From the IMG/VR virus record IMGVR_UViG_3300013368_000005, positions 64,001 through 128,000 of that record: DNA of 64,000 bases; one strand, written 5' to 3'. Origin of the DNA: a virus. Its lineage: Duplodnaviria; Caudoviricetes. The notes beneath the pieces are model-generated. The model worked only from the letters and a program-made list of their open reading frames with translations. It was not told the DNA's origin and did no database searches. A program made the position numbers and the translations under genes. This document shows positions 9,852 to 19,237 of the stretch, piece after piece; within the stretch, counting starts at the first letter, position 1, and every line of letters begins with the position of its first letter.

Positions 9852-10076
9852 ATGGATATTAGAATATTTAATTTGGAAGATTTAAATAGAGAAGGGTTAA
9901 TACGTCTTTTACGAGATTACGATGACTATGTTAAAGAGATAATTGAAGATGGAGATTTTTTAGACAGAGCACCTGTATGTATTTCTGAATATTTAAATAA
10001 TGATTTTAAGGAAAATAATGAAATAGATTCACTTATATTAAGTCCAATGATAACAATTAAAAAATCATATAAATAA
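9852..10076 (+). CDS. hypothetical protein
   Basis: Operonic, purine-rich RBS. Confidence 0.65.
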   Translation: MDIRIFNLEDLNREGLIRLLRDYDDYVKEIIEDGDFLDRAPVCISEYLNNDFKENNEIDSLILSPMITIKKSYK

Positions 10077-10099
10077 AATATATAGGGGGTTAAAAATAA

Positions 10100-10633
10100 A
10101 TGAATATTAAAGATGCAAGAGAATTTATAAACGAATATGAAATACTAGAGAAATCTATATATCAAATAGGTAAGATACGTAAAATTAATGAAGATCTTAA
10201 AAATAAAGCAACTAATTTATCTATATCTATAAATGATGATGGAAATATATTATTCGCTTATAAAGTATATAATATATTTCATGAAAATGGAAAAGTCGTT
10301 ATATTAAATTTTGATATGCCTAAAAATAGTATTTTAAAATCTGAGTTTAGAGATATACTAGGTAAATATTCGGATGCATATGCATCATTCATTCGAGATA
10401 TTGAGAAGATTACTAAATCTAATATACAGTTTATAAGCAGCATTATTAATGAATTAGATAATATTAATAATTTTATTCTAGCATTATGGAGAGGAAATGG
10501 TGAATTTCCTTTAAAAGATAAATTAGATATAGATACATTTGATTTAAAACATGATTTAATAAAAATGATTTTAAATTATGAATCTGTGTTATTAAATCGT
10601 AAAAAAGAAATGGAAATACAAATGGAAGATTAA
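10100..10633 (+). CDS. hypothetical protein
   Basis: RBS AGGGGG; operonic. Confidence 0.7.
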   Translation: MNIKDAREFINEYEILEKSIYQIGKIRKINEDLKNKATNLSISINDDGNILFAYKVYNIFHENGKVVILNFDMPKNSILKSEFRDILGKYSDAYASFIRDIEKITKSNIQFISSIINELDNINNFILALWRGNGEFPLKDKLDIDTFDLKHDLIKMILNYESVLLNRKKEMEIQMED

Positions 10634-10654
10634 AAAAATATCGGGGGTAAGGGA

Positions 10655-11809
10655 ATGAATATAGATTTAAACAATATGGTTACAATGGGATTAATTGGAT
10701 ATATAGCGATATTGGCAAAAAGTATACCACGAAAGATATTCTCATTATTCAAAAGTAATTTAGCATACTCAATCAGTATTACAAGTGCTGATGAAGACCA
10801 ATATGATAAGATAAATAACTGGCTCATTAATCTTAATAAAAGATGTATAAATAATAATATTAATTTAATTCAAAGATTTGAAGGTGGATTGGTTAGAAGT
10901 CAGAAAACTATAAACTATGGTGTATATACTTTTATATATAAGGGTTCTCTTATAACTATAGATAAACATTTATTATCACAATCGAGCGAAGCTCTTACTG
11001 TAAAAGATATTTTAGAAATAACCATATGGGGTTATAATGCAAGAACAACATATAATGAACTTAATAAATATTGTATAATAAATTCTATGAATGGGCTAAT
11101 TATAGAAACAGTTACTAGTTTTAATAATAAATATAATATAACTCAAGATAAAAAATTTGATGATATATTTATAGATAATAAACAGCAAATAATAAATCAT
11201 GTGAATAGATGGGTTAGTAACGAGCAATTTTATTTGGACCATGGCATAATATATAAAACAGGTATATTATTATATGGAGAGCCAGGAACTGGTAAAACTA
11301 CATTGGCAAGAGCTATAGCAACATATTTAAAATGCAATATAATTATAATAGATTTTAAATCTAAGAAAAGTATTTCAGACCTAAGTTCTATTATAGGTAG
11401 TGCTATGCAACCTGGTAATAGAAAGATAATTTTATTAGAAGATATAGACTGTATATCCTCTAATAGAGAAGATGAAGACGAAATTAGCGACGAAAAGAGA
11501 GAATTTATAGGCTCATTATTAAATTTATTAGACGGAGTTAATAGTCCTAGAGACACTATATTCATAGCAACAACTAATCATATAGAAAAGTTAGATCCTG
11601 CTATAATAAGAAGTGGAAGGTTTGATCTTAAAATGGAAGTAGGAAATATATCTAAAGAACTAGCAATTCAAATGTGTAAAAGGTTCGGTATTAATGATCA
11701 TAGAATTCTTAGAGATGAACAATTCCCAATAAATCCTTCTTATTTACAATGTAAAATATTAGATAAAATAGTCAAAGGTGATACTCTATTAATTAAGGAG
11801 GTAATATAA
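10655..11809 (+). CDS. AAA+ ATPase, BCS1-like
   Basis: Walker A GEPGTGKT, Walker B ILLEDID, LLNLLDG, ATTNHIEKLDPAIIRSGRFD; N-terminal hydrophobic segment. Confidence 0.9.
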   Translation: MNIDLNNMVTMGLIGYIAILAKSIPRKIFSLFKSNLAYSISITSADEDQYDKINNWLINLNKRCINNNINLIQRFEGGLVRSQKTINYGVYTFIYKGSLITIDKHLLSQSSEALTVKDILEITIWGYNARTTYNELNKYCIINSMNGLIIETVTSFNNKYNITQDKKFDDIFIDNKQQIINHVNRWVSNEQFYLDHGIIYKTGILLYGEPGTGKTTLARAIATYLKCNIIIIDFKSKKSISDLSSIIGSAMQPGNRKIILLEDIDCISSNREDEDEISDEKREFIGSLLNLLDGVNSPRDTIFIATTNHIEKLDPAIIRSGRFDLKMEVGNISKELAIQMCKRFGINDHRILRDEQFPINPSYLQCKILDKIVKGDTLLIKEVI

Positions 11810-11810
11810 T

Positions 11811-12731
11811 ATGTATAATATTACAAAAATAAAAGGAATAGACTGTCCAAGTAAATATTTAATAAGTATTAAAAATGAAAATTTATTCTTTGTAAATAGT
11901 AAAAGAGTAGCAGGGCTAGCAATTAGCTATTTAGAAGGTAATGATCGTGTAGATTTACCTGATAATACTAAGAGATTTTTAAAGAATTATAGAAAAGTAA
12001 AAGAAGATGATATAAAACAAGAGCAATATCATCCTATAGCTAAATATGATAATAATGAGAATATATTTTATTATAACGATTGTCATGGATATGAATATTG
12101 GGAACAATATGATGAATATGGTAATATGATTCATTACAAAGATTCTTATAGATATGAATATTGGCAGGAATATGATGACAATGGTAATATAACTCATTAT
12201 AGAAATTCTAAAGGACATGAATATTGGAAAAAATATGATAAGAATAAAAATTTAATTTATTATAAAGATGATATTACCGAAGTTGAATATTGGAAAGAGT
12301 ATAATGATAATGGGAAATTAACTTATTATAAAGATGATGAGAATGAATATTGGAAAGAATACGATAAAAATAATAATATAATCCATTATAAAAATTCCGA
12401 TGGATATGAAGAATGGCGTAGATATGACAATAAAGGAAATCAAACTTATTATAAAAACTCTACTGGATATGAAGATTGGCAGGAATATGATGAAGATAAT
12501 AATATAATTCATTATAGAAATTCGAAAGGGCTTGAAGATTGGAATCAATATGATGAAAATGGTAATATAACACATTATAGAAATTCTAATGGATATGAAG
12601 AATGGAAAGATTATGATGAAAATGGTAATATGATCTATTGCAAAAACTGTTATGGAGATGAAGAATGGTATCAGTATGATGAAAATGGTGATATAATCGA
12701 AGATAAAGATAGTATTACTATTACAATATAA
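11811..12731 (+). CDS. 21-aa tandem repeat (YD-like) protein
   Basis: About 10 repeats of E[YED]WxEYDxNGNxIHY[KR]NSxGY. Confidence 0.8.
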   Translation: MYNITKIKGIDCPSKYLISIKNENLFFVNSKRVAGLAISYLEGNDRVDLPDNTKRFLKNYRKVKEDDIKQEQYHPIAKYDNNENIFYYNDCHGYEYWEQYDEYGNMIHYKDSYRYEYWQEYDDNGNITHYRNSKGHEYWKKYDKNKNLIYYKDDITEVEYWKEYNDNGKLTYYKDDENEYWKEYDKNNNIIHYKNSDGYEEWRRYDNKGNQTYYKNSTGYEDWQEYDEDNNIIHYRNSKGLEDWNQYDENGNITHYRNSNGYEEWKDYDENGNMIYCKNCYGDEEWYQYDENGDIIEDKDSITITI

Positions 12732-12736
12732 GGAGG

Positions 12737-13366
12737 ATGTTAAAAATAAAAATGAGATATTGTATAAAATTAATAAAAAATATATTGGATAGATTAAAAA
12801 TATCTACGAAATATAATAATAATAATGAAGTTTATTGTAAATATCTTAGTGGATTAGAGATTTGGAAAGAGTATAATGATGAAGGTAATTTGATCCATGA
12901 AAGAAATTCTAATGGTTATAAATTATGGAAAGAGTATAATAACAATGGGAGTACCATACATCGTATGTATCCCGATAGAGCGGAACAATGGATAAAATAT
13001 AATAATAGAGGTGTTCCTATTAGTGGCTATTTTATAAGTCTCGATGGACACGAAGAATGGAAAGAATATGATAATAAAGCATGTTTAATTCATTATAGAG
13101 ATAATAAAGGCTACGAATATTGGATGGAATATGATAAGAATAGAAACTTAATACATTATAAGAATTTTAATGGAATTGAATATTGGAAAAAATATGATAA
13201 TAAGGGAAATATGATTCATTTTAGAGATTTTAATGGATATGAATATGAGTGTAAATTTGACAATAAGAGAAATATAACTTATTATAAAGATTCTAATGGA
13301 ATTGAATATTGGAATAAATATGATGATAAGGGAAATTGTATTTATAACAAAATAACAACGCAATAA
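12737..13366 (+). CDS. 21-aa tandem repeat (YD-like) protein, paralog of the previous gene
   Basis: About 8 repeats of the same unit; RBS AAGGAGG. Confidence 0.8.
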   Translation: MLKIKMRYCIKLIKNILDRLKISTKYNNNNEVYCKYLSGLEIWKEYNDEGNLIHERNSNGYKLWKEYNNNGSTIHRMYPDRAEQWIKYNNRGVPISGYFISLDGHEEWKEYDNKACLIHYRDNKGYEYWMEYDKNRNLIHYKNFNGIEYWKKYDNKGNMIHFRDFNGYEYECKFDNKRNITYYKDSNGIEYWNKYDDKGNCIYNKITTQ

Positions 13367-13396
13367 ATTAAATAATAAAATAAAGGAAGTATTAAT

Positions 13397-13702
13397 TTGA
13401 GAAATTTTGAAAATGCAAATGAATTTAAAAAGAAAGGTATAAAACCACATCAAATACTCATAGTAATTACAAATGAATCAGATTATGAAACATACAGAAG
13501 AATATTATTAACTGATATAGAAGGATTAGAAGTTGGTGAATATTTATTATTAGAAGGTGAACACTGCAGTTGCTATGATTTTGATGAAACCGATTGGCAT
13601 GGAACTGTTTATACATTAGATGAATTAAATAAATTAGCTAAAGCTGAGTATAATGAAAATGATGTATTTTGGAAAGAAATATTATCTATACCTCAAATTT
13701 AG
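13397..13702 (+). CDS. hypothetical protein
   Basis: TTG start with AAAGGA RBS; EHCSCYDF motif; followed by terminator. Confidence 0.7.
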   Translation: MRNFENANEFKKKGIKPHQILIVITNESDYETYRRILLTDIEGLEVGEYLLLEGEHCSCYDFDETDWHGTVYTLDELNKLAKAEYNENDVFWKEILSIPQI

Positions 13703-13720
13703 TTTCATGTGGTATACAAT

Positions 13721-13755
13721 AAAATAAAGGAGGTATAATACCTCCTTTATTTTTT
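13721..13755 (+). terminator. intrinsic terminator
   Basis: AAATAAAGGAGGTAT-A-ATACCTCCTTTATTTTT. Confidence 0.8.
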
Positions 13756-13797
13756 ATAATAATACTAATCGTTCATTCATTATCAGTGCATACTCTA

Positions 13798-13809
13798 AAC
13801 ATATAAGTA
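13798..13809 (+). promoter_or_regulatory. putative late promoter
   Basis: AACA-TATAAG-TA upstream of RBS AAGGAGG. Confidence 0.65.
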
Positions 13810-13833
13810 ATATTTTATTAAGGAGGTAATTTT

Positions 13834-15108
13834 ATGGATATTAATGATATAGAAACTAGAGAATTGTATCAAAGTTTATCAATTCCATCAATAATAAATT
13901 CACATTCATTAGCAGTAGATTATATGCAAAAATGGTTTTTATCTAAGTTCAAATCTAATTATTTTAAAAAGATTCATATAGATAAAAGACATATACTACA
14001 TGAATTTAAACAGGAAGACTATAATAATATTAGAGCATTAAAAGCTGCAAAACCATCTTTAGCTATTATACCAAACCCACAATTTGATTTTAATAGAGAT
14101 ATGGTTGATTTAAATCAACAAGGATTAGGTATTTATCATAGAAGAAGTAAATTAGATAGGCACTTCTTTAAAGATTTATATAGAAATATGTATTTAGGAG
14201 TTTCATTAGATCAATTATTAATTAATTTTACATTTAGAATTAGGGTATCAACAAGAGCACAGCAAGTAGATCTTGCATCTTATATGAATATGGCTTTTAG
14301 AATAGGTTCTACCCAAGGTGAAGATATAGATATGGATATTCATATTCCATATAGTTTAATGATGCAAGTTGCCAAAGATGCTGAATTTGAAGTTATTGAC
14401 GATAAAGTAGTTAACGTGGTAGAGTTTGTTGCTTATTTAAATAAACATTCTTTATATCCTATTTTATATAAATTTAGAGCTATAAATGGTAAAAGTGAAT
14501 TCTTTATGAGACTATCTGGATTATATACTCATATTTCTTGTTTAGAATCTTTATCGTTAGATGATGGTGAAAGACAAGGACATTTGAATAATGATTTTGT
14601 TATAGAAATGGGTGCTCAATTAAAAATAGCATCTCCTAAACTATACAGTTACTATTCATTAGAGAAACATGATATTATAGATAGCATAGAATCAGATGAA
14701 GACAGTCTAGGTATAGGCGTATATAATGTAAAACTCGCAGATATACCAGAAGTTAATCAAAAAGGGTGGACGCAATATTTAACTACAGAATATCAAGATA
14801 AAGATTTAAGTAATAATTTAGTAATAGAATTTAGGGAATTATTTTCAGGTGGAGAATTAAATGATTTTATTACTAGATCTAAGAATATGTATATTTCTCC
14901 TTCATTGTATATAGACTTTAAACTATTTAATAATGGAGATGAAATTGAATATGAGATAGATTGGGATAAATTTACTATAACTACTAAAAAACCAATACAG
15001 TCTGAAATAACCAATATTTCAATATATATAGATAACGAATATTTAAATACGGAATTGATAAATATAAAAAATCTAAGTGAAGATAGAATTAGACAACAAA
15101 ATGGATAA
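13834..15108 (+). CDS. hypothetical protein, probable virion structural protein
   Basis: 424 aa, late-type promoter, monocistronic; no motif recognised. Confidence 0.6.
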   Translation: MDINDIETRELYQSLSIPSIINSHSLAVDYMQKWFLSKFKSNYFKKIHIDKRHILHEFKQEDYNNIRALKAAKPSLAIIPNPQFDFNRDMVDLNQQGLGIYHRRSKLDRHFFKDLYRNMYLGVSLDQLLINFTFRIRVSTRAQQVDLASYMNMAFRIGSTQGEDIDMDIHIPYSLMMQVAKDAEFEVIDDKVVNVVEFVAYLNKHSLYPILYKFRAINGKSEFFMRLSGLYTHISCLESLSLDDGERQGHLNNDFVIEMGAQLKIASPKLYSYYSLEKHDIIDSIESDEDSLGIGVYNVKLADIPEVNQKGWTQYLTTEYQDKDLSNNLVIEFRELFSGGELNDFITRSKNMYISPSLYIDFKLFNNGDEIEYEIDWDKFTITTKKPIQSEITNISIYIDNEYLNTELINIKNLSEDRIRQQNG

Positions 15109-15128
15109 GAGATATTAATCTCTTATCC
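15103..15128. terminator. bidirectional terminator
   Basis: GGATAAGAGAT-ATTA-ATCTCTTATCC between convergent genes. Confidence 0.75.
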
Positions 15129-15135
15129 TTATTCT

Positions 15136-15597
15136 TTATATTATATCCATATTTTCAAATACATTTATTGTTTTAGGTTTGGTCTCCTCAATAAGTTCAT
15201 CATTAATATCATCTTTTATATTTTCATCATCAAGATCAATTTCTAATTCTGGTATATATTTACTAAAAAATAGATTACGAATAGATTCATATTCTAAAAT
15301 ACAATATAGCTCATCTTCTAGAGTCTGTATTATATAATTGCTTATTTCATAATCATATAATTGTTGAAATTGGTAAATAATTTCATCGCATAAATCGAAT
15401 AAAAAGTCCTTTTGCTTTATATCTTCTTTAGAGCAATCATTTTCTTGAATATAAGCATACAATAATCCTTCTATAGATCTTCTATACTTATTCATAGTTT
15501 CATTGTCAACTCTACTAATAGCTAACATCTTTCCTAATTGTTTAATTTTAAGTATTATTAATATAACTAATAATACTCCACCGACCATTTGTATCAT
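15136..15597 (-). CDS. membrane-anchored hypothetical protein
   Basis: N-terminal hydrophobic helix; RBS AGGGGG; late motif at 15626-15637. Confidence 0.7.
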   Translation of the reverse strand: MIQMVGGVLLVILIILKIKQLGKMLAISRVDNETMNKYRRSIEGLLYAYIQENDCSKEDIKQKDFLFDLCDEIIYQFQQLYDYEISNYIIQTLEDELYCILEYESIRNLFFSKYIPELEIDLDDENIKDDINDELIEETKPKTINVFENMDII

Positions 15598-15699
15598 AAA
15601 TACAACCCCCTATATATTATTATTATATTTTAATGTTGCGTATATGGTAAATTATTACTATGCACATAACAAAAAATAAAGAATAAAAGAAGAGGGGTA

Positions 15700-16812
15700 A
15701 TGAAGACAATGAAAGCAAATGAAATTACAATCAATTTTCCAACAGGAATTGCAACAGAAATTAAAAATACATCTAAACCAGGGAGGTCATTTAAATTTAA
15801 TGAAGATTATAATCAGCTTTTTTTTAAAACACAACGTGGTGAATTAGAATTTATTGGATACGCTCCAATGTATTTCGATTTAATTAATTTTGGAGCAGAG
15901 AGAGGGGTGTTTTTTCATGATGGTATGATTACCAAAACTATAGATTTGAATCATAATGAATATATCAATATCACTTCATCATTCGATAATTGTGAAAATG
16001 AAAATGTATTAATAGCATCTATTAATACATTTGAGGCTGATTTATTAGATGATGAAGTGATATTTCCAAAATATAATACTTATATAGTTCCAGATGGTGT
16101 CGGTTATAAAGGTTCAATATATCTTAGAATAAATGATGAGCAATTGAATGAATATTTATTACATTCTATTCATTATGTTGATATAAAAGCTGCTGCAGAA
16201 GATTTATACAGAATAGAAAATGATTTTATAGAAGCACAATTTGAAAATATGATAGAAAATATAATTACGAATGAATATGCATATGCTATAAAAAATAATA
16301 TTATATCTAGAATAACTGCTCCATTTGAAACTTTTGAAAAGTTCCAAATAGATATACTAAATTCAGATAAACATTTATATCCACATGCTACAGATTTGGT
16401 ATTAGAAGATTATACAATAATAACAGAAGATGTATATATTATGTATGAAGGTGATATATATTATCAAGCTAAAGAGGTACACAATCCAGATCCTAAAGTA
16501 TTTGCCCCTGTATTTAGTAAATCATTAATAAAGTTATTTGTTTCACTAAGAGATACAATATATCAATATAAAAGCAAGGATATTGATATGATAGAAGTAT
16601 TAAATGAAACATATCTACAGTTTATTAATGTTAAAAAAATGATCTTAAAGAAAGATGGAACTAATGAGATATTAAAAAGAGGGATTGTATATCAATTCGG
16701 TTTTGGTTCAATACTAATAAATTCTAACTTTATTGAATCAATATTTACAGAAGTTACTAATATTTACAAAGAACTTAATCATGAGACAAAAAATCTGGAA
16801 TGTACTGAATAG
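15700..16812 (+). CDS. hypothetical protein
   Basis: 370-aa ORF with GAGGGG RBS. Confidence 0.75.
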   Translation: MKTMKANEITINFPTGIATEIKNTSKPGRSFKFNEDYNQLFFKTQRGELEFIGYAPMYFDLINFGAERGVFFHDGMITKTIDLNHNEYINITSSFDNCENENVLIASINTFEADLLDDEVIFPKYNTYIVPDGVGYKGSIYLRINDEQLNEYLLHSIHYVDIKAAAEDLYRIENDFIEAQFENMIENIITNEYAYAIKNNIISRITAPFETFEKFQIDILNSDKHLYPHATDLVLEDYTIITEDVYIMYEGDIYYQAKEVHNPDPKVFAPVFSKSLIKLFVSLRDTIYQYKSKDIDMIEVLNETYLQFINVKKMILKKDGTNEILKRGIVYQFGFGSILINSNFIESIFTEVTNIYKELNHETKNLECTE

Positions 16813-16821
16813 TACATTCCA
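16796..16821. terminator. bidirectional terminator
   Basis: TGGAATGTACT-GAAT-AGTACATTCCA between convergent genes. Confidence 0.7.
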
Positions 16822-16822
16822 A

Positions 16823-17194
16823 TTATTGTTTATCTTCTAATTCTTTTTTCATTATATCATCTATAAGTGGTTTCTTAGCTCGATATACTTTTATCCAAAA
16901 TGCTAAATTTTTTATTTTACCTAAAACTTCAAATCCTAACATACCTCCAACAAAGCATGGAAGTATAAATAGTTTCATAGATATTTTAGAGAGTATAAAT
17001 TCACTTAACGAAAATAAAATTATAGATGATACTGTTGTCGATATCAATATTCTACTTATTTTTACCTTAGTGTCCTTTTCAGTAAAAGTGTTATAGGTGT
17101 CTTTAATTATAGCCCCCAATAAACTAAAAACAAATATAAATAAAAAATCCATTATACTTGAAATAAGTGCTACTTTGTCAATTACCATCCCCAT
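16823..17194 (-). CDS. putative holin
   Basis: 123 aa, about 3 TM helices, GG.LG motif, charged C-terminus; lies at the end of the late/tail module. Confidence 0.6.
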   Translation of the reverse strand: MGMVIDKVALISSIMDFLFIFVFSLLGAIIKDTYNTFTEKDTKVKISRILISTTVSSIILFSLSEFILSKISMKLFILPCFVGGMLGFEVLGKIKNLAFWIKVYRAKKPLIDDIMKKELEDKQ

Positions 17195-17220
17195 TTCACA
17201 TCACTCATTTCTTTACTAAA

Positions 17221-18201
17221 TTAATCTTGTTTTGGAATTTTATTTTGTAAACACCCTGAGCCTATAATCACAAATATACCTATTATTGTAGATTGTGCCA
17301 TAGCTGCAGCGTTTCTTTTCTGATTTTCTATTATATCATTACGCAAATCATCAATTTGATGCTTGTATTCATATATATAAGACAAATAAGGTTGTAATGC
17401 ATCTAATATATTAATTCTTTGAATAATAATAATCTTAAAATTATCTATTTTGTACCCTAAGCTGTTTAAATCTTTAGTTCCAAATATATCTCCTTCTTTA
17501 GTCAAATATAGAGGTACTAATAATTCATAAGAGCTTAGAGCTGTTATTCCTTCTTCTTTATAGATTTTAAGTAGTTCCTTTATATTCATAGAACTAATAC
17601 ACTTATGTGGATTATTAGATCCAATTGGCTCCCAGAATATAAACTCATTTTCAAGATTGGTATTTTTTATTGCATTTATAGCTTGTTCGGTTAAAGCTGT
17701 ATTATGGACTACACTTTTCATTTTACTCCAACTCATATATTGAGTTTCTATATCTTGGTTTGCATCAAATTGGTATCCAATAGATCTATTCCAGAGAATG
17801 TTATCCATTGAAGCAACAAAAACTTTATTTGACATAGAATCTTTATTTATATAGGTATCGGATAACATCTCATCAAATATTTTTGTTAATTCACTATCAG
17901 TACTAGGGTTACTGATATCATACTCTAGATCATTTAACTCTCCTGCATATCGATTTAACATTGTTTGCTGAATATCATTTGTTCTAATTGTTAATGAGTC
18001 TTCAGCTCTTCTTATATTTTCAAGTAGAATTGTAGAGATATAATTCTCCATATCACATTCTACAGATTCTATTATATTATTATATTTAATTTTCATTATT
18101 TCATATTCATTATATTGCTTATATCCAAATACAGTCACACATAGCAATATTGAAAGTGTTGACATAGCTAAGATTTTCGATATGACATTTTTTTTCATCA
18201 T
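17221..18201 (-). CDS. membrane protein with N- and C-terminal TM helices
   Basis: Hydrophobic helices at both ends flanking a ~270-aa domain; late motif at 18222-18233. Confidence 0.7.
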   Translation of the reverse strand: MMKKNVISKILAMSTLSILLCVTVFGYKQYNEYEIMKIKYNNIIESVECDMENYISTILLENIRRAEDSLTIRTNDIQQTMLNRYAGELNDLEYDISNPSTDSELTKIFDEMLSDTYINKDSMSNKVFVASMDNILWNRSIGYQFDANQDIETQYMSWSKMKSVVHNTALTEQAINAIKNTNLENEFIFWEPIGSNNPHKCISSMNIKELLKIYKEEGITALSSYELLVPLYLTKEGDIFGTKDLNSLGYKIDNFKIIIIQRINILDALQPYLSYIYEYKHQIDDLRNDIIENQKRNAAAMAQSTIIGIFVIIGSGCLQNKIPKQD

Positions 18202-18245
18202 AATTCGTCACCTCCTTTTATTATATTTATGTTATACAAAAAATG

Positions 18246-18271
18246 GAAGCAGGAATATATATTCCTGCTTC
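18246..18271 (-). terminator. terminator (perfect 26-bp palindrome)
   Basis: GAAGCAGGAATAT|ATATTCCTGCTTC, followed by a T-run on the minus strand. Confidence 0.8.
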
Positions 18272-18279
18272 TAATATTA

Positions 18280-19221
18280 TTAACCAAATCTATTTTCTGA
18301 ATTACATAAACATCTTCCGTTGCAATTACATGTGCCATTTCCTCTGGTGACGCATGAACATAGTTCATAAACATCACATGTACATCCAGATGTTGGGGTT
18401 CTACTCACACACATACAATCTGTATTACATGTACATGCTTCAATTGTTGTTCTACTAACACAGTTACATACATTATCTGCATTACAAGTACAATCTGGAG
18501 AAAATGTTCTATCAACACATAAACAACCATGTTGTATACATATTGTCTCTGCTGTTCTGTCAACACAGGTACAACCAGTATCCGAATTACTAGTGCATTG
18601 AGTGCCTGTTCTAGTGACACATAAGCAATTAGATGGACAATCACCGCCAGTTACTTCCCCTGAAGTTCTTGAGTTACAATCACAATTTGTTATTCCTACT
18701 CTCGATACGCATGTACATAAAATATTAGAATCACATGTGTCAACTGCTGTTCTTGATACACATGAACAAGTATTATCATTACAACTACAAGAATATCCTG
18801 TTCTAGCAACACATGAACATGAGACATTCTCAATACATTCTAATTCTGATGTTCTAGCCACACAACTACATATATTACTTGAACAAATATCGCCTGATGT
18901 TCTTGCAACACAATTACAAGATGTATGAGCATCACAGGAGAGTTCTGAAGTTCTAGTAACGCAATTACATGTAGTATCTACATGTGAATCACATGTTAAT
19001 GGCATTATATTATCCATAATATCCTCTATATCACCTATAGAGACAGTATTATCTTTTAATGCAAAATTATCTATATGAGCTATACAAGTTCCAAGGTTTC
19101 TTTGATTATTCATATCATCTAATAAATCTTTTAATTGACCTAATGAATTATATTGAGGAGGATTTGTATAACCCTTTTTTATTTGTAATAAGTTTTTTAA
19201 TCTTATTAAACTCTTATTCAT
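18280..19221 (-). CDS. Cys-rich CxCVxRT-repeat protein, putative radical SAM modification substrate
   Basis: 47 Cys counted; 12 CxCVxR units plus 2 variants after a ~75-aa Cys-poor N-domain; RBS AGGAGG; near two rSAM genes. Confidence 0.8.
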   Translation of the reverse strand: MNKSLIRLKNLLQIKKGYTNPPQYNSLGQLKDLLDDMNNQRNLGTCIAHIDNFALKDNTVSIGDIEDIMDNIMPLTCDSHVDTTCNCVTRTSELSCDAHTSCNCVARTSGDICSSNICSCVARTSELECIENVSCSCVARTGYSCSCNDNTCSCVSRTAVDTCDSNILCTCVSRVGITNCDCNSRTSGEVTGGDCPSNCLCVTRTGTQCTSNSDTGCTCVDRTAETICIQHGCLCVDRTFSPDCTCNADNVCNCVSRTTIEACTCNTDCMCVSRTPTSGCTCDVYELCSCVTRGNGTCNCNGRCLCNSENRFG

Positions 19222-19237
19222 AATTTATCCTCCTATA

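Noticed and set aside
12060-13330. 63-nt periodic DNA repeats as a possible CRISPR array or DGR template/variable repeat
   Set aside because: The repeats are degenerate, in-frame protein repeats with no constant repeat/unique spacer structure; no reverse transcriptase or adenine-specific variation is evident
11979-13453. Ile/Phe-rich minus-strand ORFs (11979..12218, 12318..12575, 13148..13453) that look like membrane proteins
   Set aside because: Antisense shadows of the AT-rich 21-aa repeat genes
18405-18928. ORFs 18405..18644 (-) and 18602..18928 (+) with repetitive VLATQ/VL-EQ text
   Set aside because: Alternative-frame or antisense shadows of the Cys-repeat gene; no RBS or promoter
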